Positions 56,983 through 64,000 of a DNA stretch of 64,000 bases are shown here, piece after piece. How positions within the stretch are numbered: the stretch's first letter is position 1; each line of letters begins with the position of its first letter. A program made the position numbers and the translations under genes. The notes under the pieces were generated by a model. It did not search any database. It was not told where the DNA came from and saw only the letters and a program-made list of their open reading frames with translations. This DNA comes from Sedimentisphaerales bacterium (GTDB taxonomy: Bacteria; Planctomycetota; Phycisphaerae; Sedimentisphaerales; Anaerobacaceae), in the NCBI GenBank assembly GCA_963708075.1, contig OY970194.1, forward strand, positions 416,001-480,000, given 5' to 3'.

Positions 56983-57795
56983 CTAATGCTCTGAACTGAC
57001 GGAAGATCCTATGTACAGAGTAGACAAAAACGTGAAGATATACGCCTGAACAAAGGCCACGAGCAACTCGAGGAATGACAGGGCTACGACCGCGAAGATC
57101 GAGACTGTCGCCACGCCGAGATTCTTGAAGACGAAGACCAGGCCGAAAATCGTTCCCAGCACCATGTGCCCGGCGATGATGTTGGCGAAAAGACGAATCG
57201 CCAGCGTGAACGGCCGGACGAATATGGTCACCATCTCCAGCGGGTACACCAGGGGCAGCAGCCATGTCGGTGACGGCGGCGCCAGGTTGATCAGGTAGTG
57301 AATGACGCCATGCTGCCGGATTCCATAAACGTGCGTCATCACAAAAGACACCACCGCTAATGCACCGGTGATGAAGATATTCGCCGTGGCGGGACCGCCG
57401 AAGTGGCTTTTTCTTCCGGTGGCCAGGCCGAGGATCTTCTCCGTGGGCACCATGGCCACCAGGTTGAGCGTCAGAACGAAGAAGAAGGTCGTCCAGATGA
57501 AGCCGATATGCTTATCCGTGTGATGCCCAAGGATCGGTCGGGCCATCTCATCACGCAGAAACACGCAGACGGATTCGACGAGGTTCTGGAACCCTCGGGG
57601 GATCAGCTTCGGCGACCGTGTCGCGATCGGAATGGCCAGCAGCAGAAGCCCCGCCGTCACGAGGACCATGAGCGCGTGATTACTCAGGACCAGTTGCCAC
57701 GACCCGATGTGGAACGTGAACAGCGGCACTGCTGTCACCGGCTCCAGCGGATTCAGTTCGGCCAGAGTTGCAAAATATGCACCAGTCATGCTCAT
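56983..57795 (-). CDS. atpB: ATP synthase Fo a subunit
   Basis: PRGFQNLVE, RPFTLAIRLFANIIAGH and LELLVAFVQAYIF. Confidence 0.96.
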   Translation of the reverse strand: MSMTGAYFATLAELNPLEPVTAVPLFTFHIGSWQLVLSNHALMVLVTAGLLLLAIPIATRSPKLIPRGFQNLVESVCVFLRDEMARPILGHHTDKHIGFIWTTFFFVLTLNLVAMVPTEKILGLATGRKSHFGGPATANIFITGALAVVSFVMTHVYGIRQHGVIHYLINLAPPSPTWLLPLVYPLEMVTIFVRPFTLAIRLFANIIAGHMVLGTIFGLVFVFKNLGVATVSIFAVVALSFLELLVAFVQAYIFTFLSTLYIGSSVSSEH

Positions 57796-57903
57796 GTTTC
57801 TTCAGGTATCATCCACGATTTCACGGGTACCACGACCAACGGCACCCACAGGATGCCACGGGTCAAAATTGCGAGCACAGCCGTCCAAACATAGAAAGCG
57901 TGC

Positions 57904-57932
57904 ACTATACCATTGCCTTCATGCAAGAGCAA
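57904..57932 (-). promoter_or_regulatory. Putative sigma70 promoter of the atp operon
   Basis: TTGCTC-17 bp-TATAGT with a TG extension, about 110 bp upstream of atpB. Confidence 0.5.
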
Positions 57933-58038
57933 GAGCCATCAACGTCAGGCAACAGCTTTTTTCTGTGCGGATGACTGAGGCTCTCGTCGGCCCCTCGACA
58001 CAACCGGCACAGGCTGTCCAAGTGGCCCATGCTGTGCT

Positions 58039-59607
58039 TCATTTGCTGTCCACCGTCACGCCGGGCCACGTGTCGGTTCGGAACGGTGACGCCGGCAGAC
58101 CTGCCTTGTTGTACAGGTTGCACACGGGGTTGTCCGCCCAGGCATAGCGCACGGCCACCGGCTCCGTGACCTTGTCACTGCTGACGACAACAGTGTCGCC
58201 TTCGATTCTCGCGTCGGCCCACACGAACTTGTGGTCTTGCCCGGCGATGGCAAAGCCCTTCAGAGGCCCGCCGTCCTTGGCTGCGAGCCCTCCGCCGATA
58301 TGATCGAAGCGCAGGATGATCTTGTTGTCTTTCTTTTCCATGGATTGATAGAGCGGGCCGGAACAGACTACGTTCTTGCCGTGGATATGGGCCAGCGCCC
58401 AGAGCGCCAGGCGTTTCCCCACGTCCTGCTTGTTCGTGGGATGGATATTATTGGCGTCGCCGATATCGATGGCGACGGCCATGCCGGTATCGGGCAGGTC
58501 CAGAGTCATCAGTTGGGCCTCCCGAAGCTCGGCCCAGGCGCTCTCGCCCGGCTCGTCCTTCGTCTGCATGTAGTTGGCGAGCTGCACGTAGAGGAAGGGG
58601 AAACCGCCCTGGGGCCACGTCTTCCACCAGCTCTTGATCATCGCGGGGAAAAGATCGCGATACTGGCAGGCGCGGCCGGCGTTCGATTCACCCTGGTACC
58701 ATGTCGCGCCGCGGATGGCGTAAGGAACCAGCGGTGCGATCATGGCGTTGTGGAGGCTCGCCGGGGCCCAGGGACTTGTCGGACCGAGAGGCTCCCGTGG
58801 CCTTGATGGCGCCTTGGTCCCTTCGGCCTTGGCCTTCTCGACATTCTTCTTCCATTGCTCCAGCTTCTCGTCGTATTCCTTTTGGGCCGTTGGGTAGTTG
58901 GCGACTGCCTCCTTGTAGCGAGCGACGATGGGCTCGAAGACCGTGTCTTCCTCGATCACCGCCGGGCTGGTCCACGACTCCGCGGGCGTGCCGCCCCAGG
59001 AGGTGTGAATCAGGCCGACGGGGACATTCAATCCCTTGTGCAGTTCCCGGCCGAAGAAGTATGCCACGGCGGAGAAATCGCCCACCGTCTCGGGACTGCA
59101 TTCGACCCATTTGCCCGTGCAGTTCTCCTGCGGGGTCTGGGCGACCTTGCGCTCGACGGAGAACAGCCGCATTCTAGCGTACTTGGCCGCCGCGATCTCC
59201 TGCTCCGCGTTGGCCGATTGTTTCACCGGCCACTGCATGTTCGACTGGCCGGAACAGACCCAGACCTCGCCCACGAGGATGTTCTTGACCGTCACGGCGT
59301 TCTTGCCTTTCAGCGTCATCTCGTACGGGCCGCCGGCTTCCGGGGCCGACATCTTGAACATCCACTTGCCGTCGTCGCCGGCCTGGATCGTCCATCCTGT
59401 CTTGTGCCAACTGACGCTGACGGCGATCTCCTCGTTGGGGTCCGCCCATCCCCAGATCCGCACGACGTCGCCACCCTGCAGGACCATGTTGTCGCCGATG
59501 ATCGAAGGCAGACGGATGTCGGCATGTGTCATCGGCCCGAACGCCGCAAGGATGCCGAACACAGCGAGAATGGTCAAACAGCGAGAAGTGGTGTTTCTGT
59601 CGTACAT
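58039..59607 (-). CDS. Sialate O-acetylesterase (SGNH/SASA domain)
   Basis: GEVWVCSGQSNM, WGGTPAESW, WYQGESN, IHPTNKQDVG and VRYAWADNP. Confidence 0.93.
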   Translation of the reverse strand: MYDRNTTSRCLTILAVFGILAAFGPMTHADIRLPSIIGDNMVLQGGDVVRIWGWADPNEEIAVSVSWHKTGWTIQAGDDGKWMFKMSAPEAGGPYEMTLKGKNAVTVKNILVGEVWVCSGQSNMQWPVKQSANAEQEIAAAKYARMRLFSVERKVAQTPQENCTGKWVECSPETVGDFSAVAYFFGRELHKGLNVPVGLIHTSWGGTPAESWTSPAVIEEDTVFEPIVARYKEAVANYPTAQKEYDEKLEQWKKNVEKAKAEGTKAPSRPREPLGPTSPWAPASLHNAMIAPLVPYAIRGATWYQGESNAGRACQYRDLFPAMIKSWWKTWPQGGFPFLYVQLANYMQTKDEPGESAWAELREAQLMTLDLPDTGMAVAIDIGDANNIHPTNKQDVGKRLALWALAHIHGKNVVCSGPLYQSMEKKDNKIILRFDHIGGGLAAKDGGPLKGFAIAGQDHKFVWADARIEGDTVVVSSDKVTEPVAVRYAWADNPVCNLYNKAGLPASPFRTDTWPGVTVDSK

Positions 59608-59835
59608 CGTCTACTCCTTCATTTCCAGGCGGGCCCGGGTACGGGATCTTGCATGCGTGACAGGACCCGGCCTCAAGCCCATGGCGAAAACCCGGACCAC
59701 TATACGAAGGCGCGCCCGGATAGTAAATAGTAAAAGGAAAGACGCTGATTCACGCCTGCAAATTGCACGCGGCGGGGGACCATTCCGTGCATGGCCGGAT
59801 TCCCGCCTCCTCCGAAAAGAGCGTGGCATCGACAT

Positions 59836-59909
59836 GTAGGGTGGGTTCTCAACCCACGCGTCAAGAACGTTTCGTTTGGGGAACCGCGTGGGTCAAGGAC
59901 CCACCCTAC
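59836..59909. repeat. Inverted pair of GTAG-foot REP elements
   Basis: GTAGggtgggttctcaacccacgcg ... cgcgtgggtcaaggacccaccCTAC. Confidence 0.78.
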
Positions 59910-60099
59910 GAGCGGCTCCCCAAGCCATCCTTTATTCTCTTGGGGTGAGCCGAAGACTCATGACCGGCTTCACGCGAACGACATGTGGCAGCCTTGCCAT
60001 GTTTCGTTGTGTTAGAGGCTGCTGGTGTGATAGAGTAGTTGCATCGTTCGCAAGCGACATCCGTAGAAACGAGATCCTGTTCTGATTGTGAGGCGCCGT

Positions 60100-61359
60100 A
60101 TGCTGCAAATCCTCCGTACCGCACGACTCTCACTGTGCCTTGTGCTTTTCGCAGCCACGCTGAGGCTCCATGCCGCCGAGCCGTTGCAGGTCACTCTGAC
60201 CGATGTTGCGGAGAACGTTTACATCGAATCGCTGCACCTGACGAGCGACCAGGTGACGCCCGACTGTCCCCACTCCTGGTCCGTGCGCAAATATGTCCTG
60301 CACGGCGGCAGGCAGGAGGGTGTGGAAGTGATCGACGTCGATAACGGCAAGCTTCGTCTCCGCGTCGTCCCGACCCGCGGCATGTCCGTGCAGAACGTCG
60401 TCTCGGGGGACCTCCGGCTCGGCTGGGATTCGCCCGTCAAAGACATGGTCCACCCGGGGCTAGTGAACCTCGAATCGCGTCAGGGGCTGGGTTGGCTGGA
60501 GGGTTTCAACGAGTGGATGGTGCGATGCGGCCTGGAGTTCTTCGGCGGTCCCGGGACCGACGAGTTCATCGACAACACGGGCAACAAAGCCAAAATGGAC
60601 CTGACCCTGCATGGCAAGATCGGCAACATCCCCGCCTCAATGGTGCAGGTGGTGGTTGATCGCGCGGAGCCGTACGAGATCCGGATTCGCGGCAGGGTGG
60701 AGGAAACCTGCATGCACGGCCCGAAGCTGGAGCTGTGGACAGAGCTCTCGACGCGGGCCGGCTCGGACGCCTTCCGTATCTCCGACAAAATCACTAACCG
60801 CAGCGCCAAAGAGCAGGAGTTCGGGGTCCTGTACCATGCGAACTACGGCCCGCCCCTGATGGAGGAGAACGCCCGGTTTATCGGACCGGTCAAGCGGATC
60901 GCCCCGATCAACCCCAATGCCGCGGCTGATGTCTCCAGTTATGACGTCTGCCGGGGCCCGTCGCCCGGCGTGGCCGAGCAGGTCTACTGCCTGTGGTTGT
61001 GGGCTGACCAGAGCGACCGCACGAAGATCATGTTTCGAAACGCCCGGGGCGACAAAGCGGTTGTCATGGCTTTCTCCGTGAAAGAGCTGCCGTACTTCAC
61101 GATCTGGAAGAACCCCGTCGCTCTCGAAGATGGGTACGTCACCGGCCTGGAACCGGGCACGGGCTTCCCCCGCAACAGGTCCATCGAGCGAAAGTCCGGC
61201 CGCGTCCCCGTCCTGGGCCCCCATCAGAGCCGCACGTTCACCCTCGATTTCCTCATGCTCGCCGACGCAACCCGGATCGCCGAAACCGCCCGCGAGATCG
61301 CGAGGATCCAAGCCGACCGCAAAACCCAGATCGACGAAAAGCCCCTGCCCCTGGAGTAA
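60100..61359 (+). CDS. Aldose 1-epimerase-like / DUF4432 family protein, exported
   Basis: LHGGRQEGV, VVPTRGM, GWDSPV, LHGKI, YHANYG and YVTGLEPGT. Confidence 0.88.
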   Translation: MLQILRTARLSLCLVLFAATLRLHAAEPLQVTLTDVAENVYIESLHLTSDQVTPDCPHSWSVRKYVLHGGRQEGVEVIDVDNGKLRLRVVPTRGMSVQNVVSGDLRLGWDSPVKDMVHPGLVNLESRQGLGWLEGFNEWMVRCGLEFFGGPGTDEFIDNTGNKAKMDLTLHGKIGNIPASMVQVVVDRAEPYEIRIRGRVEETCMHGPKLELWTELSTRAGSDAFRISDKITNRSAKEQEFGVLYHANYGPPLMEENARFIGPVKRIAPINPNAAADVSSYDVCRGPSPGVAEQVYCLWLWADQSDRTKIMFRNARGDKAVVMAFSVKELPYFTIWKNPVALEDGYVTGLEPGTGFPRNRSIERKSGRVPVLGPHQSRTFTLDFLMLADATRIAETAREIARIQADRKTQIDEKPLPLE

Positions 61360-61491
61360 CCCGCTGCATCTGCCTCTGCCGCCCATTGACAATCGGACCA
61401 CGGGCAGGCAACATGGGCGTCCATGGTCGGGACTGTGCGAGAGTTGGATATCGATGCCGTGCACCAAGCCCGCATCAGCGGCACCACGGAT

Positions 61492-61860
61492 TGGCAGGGG
61501 CGATTCGCGTCGTTTGCGATGGATGAGCGATACCTGCTGCGGGCGGCACGGTACGTGGAGTTGAATCCGGTCCGGGCGAAGCTGTGTCGGGTTCCGTGGC
61601 GGTGGCGCTGGTCGAGTGCGGCCGCTCACATGAGCGGACGCGATGACGGCCTGGTGCGAGTGGCACCTTTGCTGGAGCGCGTGAAGGATTGGCGGGAGTT
61701 CCTGACCGCGGCCCTGACGGCAGACGAAGCCGAGTTGTTGCGGCGTCACGGGCGGACGGGGCGGCCTCTGGGCGAAGCGGCCTTTCTGGATCGGATCGAA
61801 CGAAGGCTTCATCGAATCGTACGGCCGGCCAAACGCGGCCCAAAACCCATGGAGAAATAA
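61492..61860 (+). pseudogene. 5'-truncated HUH/Y1 (RAYT-like) transposase
   Basis: WQGRFASF, RYVELNPVRA, WRWSSA and RTGRPLG...KRGPK. The HUH-containing N-terminal half is absent. Followed by end motif AAATAAGTATTGTGTCCCTGGAA. Confidence 0.85.
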
Positions 61861-61892
61861 GTATTGTGTCCCTGGAACCCCCCTGGAACCCC

Positions 61893-62108
61893 CAACTGCT
61901 GATCTACGGCGTGTGCCGCTACAGCCGAGCGGGAGAGAGCTTGACCGCGTTGGCGAAACGCTTCGACATCTCACTGAGTGGCCTGACGATGGCCCGCGAC
62001 CGCGCCGAGCAGACGCTTCGTCGGGACAAGAAACTCCTGGAAGCCTGGTCGCAGATCGAACAGAGCCTTAAAGCACTGCGATGAATGTGAAATGTGTAGG
62101 TGTGACCC
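61893..62108 (+). repeat. 216-bp duplicate of the 3' end and right inverted repeat of the downstream RAYT-like element
   Basis: Matches 63551-63766 except for one substitution near the start (caactgctg vs caactactg). Confidence 0.92.
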
Positions 62109-62200
62109 TATGAATCCCGTCAAGATGTGTCTTCTCCACGATAATGCCTTCGGGTGATAGACAGACTTTGCGGAAGTAGTGTTGTCAAGGGAGACTGCCC

Positions 62201-62551
62201 ATGCAGATACGTACAGTCGATGACTTGAAGAATGCGGCATGCATGATGCACGATTCGGAGTTCACGGACGAGAGTTTCGGCCTTGATAGCAGCACACGGA
62301 CGTTCTACATGGAATCGGTGGCTATTGATCCTCCGGGGGAAGTATTTCGGTTGGAGCTATACAATGTGATCGCATGGAACCCAGTGAATCTTGATAAGGT
62401 GAAAGCGGGGAAAGCTCTTGGCGGTGTATTCAACAAGGTCCGCATTAGGCACGGTGGATGCGAGATAGCCATAGTGAGCCAAGATCTTCGTATCGAATTG
62501 GAACTCACCAGCCTCGAGGGACGCTTTACGATCACGAAAGGCCAAGGGTAA
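62201..62551 (+). CDS. Small cargo protein (116 aa), weakly resembling Imm50-type immunity proteins
   Basis: GGGAG SD. N-terminal HD motif followed by beta-strands. AT-richer than host genes. Family call is tentative. Confidence 0.6.
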   Translation: MQIRTVDDLKNAACMMHDSEFTDESFGLDSSTRTFYMESVAIDPPGEVFRLELYNVIAWNPVNLDKVKAGKALGGVFNKVRIRHGGCEIAIVSQDLRIELELTSLEGRFTITKGQG

Positions 62552-62630
62552 GCAGTGAGCTGAAAGGAGCGGAGAACGAGGGACAATGACCTGTGAAAGG
62601 TCCGTACGTGACACACTGATTACGAATACG

Positions 62631-63766
62631 GGGTCACACCTACACATTTCACATTTGTTCTTGACGAGGCCCACGGGTCCGGTGTATTCTGGCGGACGTT
62701 GGAGATCTGCTTGTCTGAAAGGAGACTGTGTATGGCTCGTCCGTTGCGGATCGAGTATGCGGGTGCCTGCTATCATGTGATGAATCGGGGCAATGGGCGG
62801 CAGGCCGTGTTCACTGAGGCGAGAGACTATGAGCTGTTCCTGGAGCGGCTGGGCCAGTTCAGCCGGCAGTTCGAGGTGGGGCTGTTGTGCTACTGCTGCA
62901 TGCCGAATCACTTCCATCTGTACCTGCGGACCGAGCAGGCGAATCTCAGCCGCTTCATGCAGAGCCTTCTGACGAGCTTCACGATCAGCCTCAACCGCCG
63001 TCGGCGCAGCCGCGGGCACGTCTTCCAGGGCCGCTTCACGGCCCATCTGGTCGAGAATGACGCCTACGGCGGCGAGGTCTCACGCTACATCCATCTCAAT
63101 CCGGTCCGGACCAAGGCACTGCGGCCGGCGTCCGTGTCGGCCAGACGGCGGGCGCTGCGTGCGTTTGGCTGGTCGAGCTATGCAGCCTGCATCGGCTTGT
63201 CGCCGGGCCCGAAGTGGTTTGATCCCGGGCCGCTTCTGTCGGACTGGGGGGCGAGCCGACGCGTTCAGATGCGGCGATATGGCCAGTACGTCGAGGAAGG
63301 CCTGCTGCGGGAGTTGGACAACCCGCTGGCCCGACTGGAGGGCCAGACGATCCTGGGGACGGAGACCTTCCTTGACCACATTCGGCGGACCTACGTGCTG
63401 ACGCGAAACGCCGATCGGCGAGAGCAGCCGGCGTTCGAGCGGGCCCGGCAGTCGATTCCTTTTGACGCGGTGGCCGGCTGTGTGGGGCGCCACTGCGGAG
63501 TCCGGCCGGAGAGCCTGCTGACGCTGCGCGGCTCGGACCGCCGTGCGAGGCAACTACTGATCTACGGCGTGTGCCGCTACAGCCGAGCGGGAGAGAGCTT
63601 GACCGCGTTGGCGAAACGCTTCGACATCTCACTGAGTGGCCTGACGATGGCCCGCGACCGCGCCGAGCAGACGCTTCGTCGGGACAAGAAACTCCTGGAA
63701 GCCTGGTCGCAGATCGAACAGAGCCTTAAAGCACTGCGATGAATGTGAAATGTGTAGGTGTGACCC
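62631..63766 (+). mobile_element. RAYT-like HUH transposase unit bounded by perfect 25-bp inverted repeats
   Basis: GGGTCACACCTACACATTTCACATT (62631-62655) and its exact reverse complement (63742-63766). No target duplication. TTGACG-18 bp-TATTCT at 62661-62690. Confidence 0.82.
62732..63742 (+). CDS. HUH/Y1 (RAYT-like) transposase with a C-terminal HTH extension
   Basis: MARPLR, YHVMNRGN, MPNHFHL (HUH), GHVFQGRF, RYIHLNPV (catalytic Tyr) and WSSY. C-terminal SLTALAKRFDISLSG helix-turn-helix. AAGGAG SD. Confidence 0.92.
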   Translation: MARPLRIEYAGACYHVMNRGNGRQAVFTEARDYELFLERLGQFSRQFEVGLLCYCCMPNHFHLYLRTEQANLSRFMQSLLTSFTISLNRRRRSRGHVFQGRFTAHLVENDAYGGEVSRYIHLNPVRTKALRPASVSARRRALRAFGWSSYAACIGLSPGPKWFDPGPLLSDWGASRRVQMRRYGQYVEEGLLRELDNPLARLEGQTILGTETFLDHIRRTYVLTRNADRREQPAFERARQSIPFDAVAGCVGRHCGVRPESLLTLRGSDRRARQLLIYGVCRYSRAGESLTALAKRFDISLSGLTMARDRAEQTLRRDKKLLEAWSQIEQSLKALR

Positions 63767-63769
63767 TCT

Positions 63770-63985
63770 ATGACAATATCTGGTTGGTTCCGTGATCGTT
63801 GGGATTGGGATTGGGAGAGGCCAAAGCGTATGCGCGATAACCACCAGTACTGGGAGTATGACGATGGTTATCCATTTGCAGTTGTAGGAAATTGGGACGC
63901 ATGGGATTTGACTAATCTCGGCAGGCCTGGCACAACATGGAAATGGACAGAGATGGTCTCCTGGAAGGAGTTCTTCAACTGGTGA
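63770..63985 (+). CDS. Trp-rich ORF, probably the 3' fragment of a larger gene
   Basis: Begins 3 bp after the right inverted repeat, AT-richer, and is followed by a new ATG at 63988 running off the window. Confidence 0.4.
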   Translation: MTISGWFRDRWDWDWERPKRMRDNHQYWEYDDGYPFAVVGNWDAWDLTNLGRPGTTWKWTEMVSWKEFFNW

Positions 63986-64000
63986 GTATGACAAAGACGG

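Noticed and set aside
57792..57905. Short hydrophobic ORF (VHAFYVWTAVL...PEET) as atpI
   Set aside because: Only ~37 codons, no SD, overlaps the predicted promoter, and shows no recognisable AtpI similarity.

Overview
GC-rich bacterial chromosomal window. Gene content (PEP-CTERM, CotH/lamin-tail, GLUG and HAF-repeat proteins, many glycoside hydrolases, Tat-exported Gfo/Idh/MocA oxidoreductases) and intergenic repeat style suggest a planctomycete, probably Phycisphaerae/Sedimentisphaerales; this is inference. Core content: an F1Fo ATP synthase operon atpBEFHAGDC followed by rnpA, a MerR-type HTH gene and an MlaD-family gene; tRNA-Arg(CCT); a MacAB-TolC-type efflux set; polysaccharide-degradation genes; a HEPN/MNT pair; and a 16-heme cytochrome / beta-barrel / 6-heme cytochrome operon resembling a porin-cytochrome conduit. 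Both ends are accessory. Left end (0.2-5.8 kb): a complete IS4-family element inserted into a REP-like palindrome, an AT-richer islet with an unknown gene plus a SIR2-like gene, toxin-antitoxin gene fragments separated by ~58-bp repeats, and a dense cluster of REP families. Right end (61.4-64 kb): a truncated and an intact HUH/Y1 (RAYT-like) transposase, the intact one bounded by perfect 25-bp inverted repeats, with a duplicated right end and small AT-richer cargo ORFs between the ends. The most unusual signal is this link between RAYT-type end sequences and captured gene fragments or cassettes. Many genes, including atpF, carry single-base frameshifts that look like uncorrected long-read errors. 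No CRISPR array, rRNA or prophage was seen.
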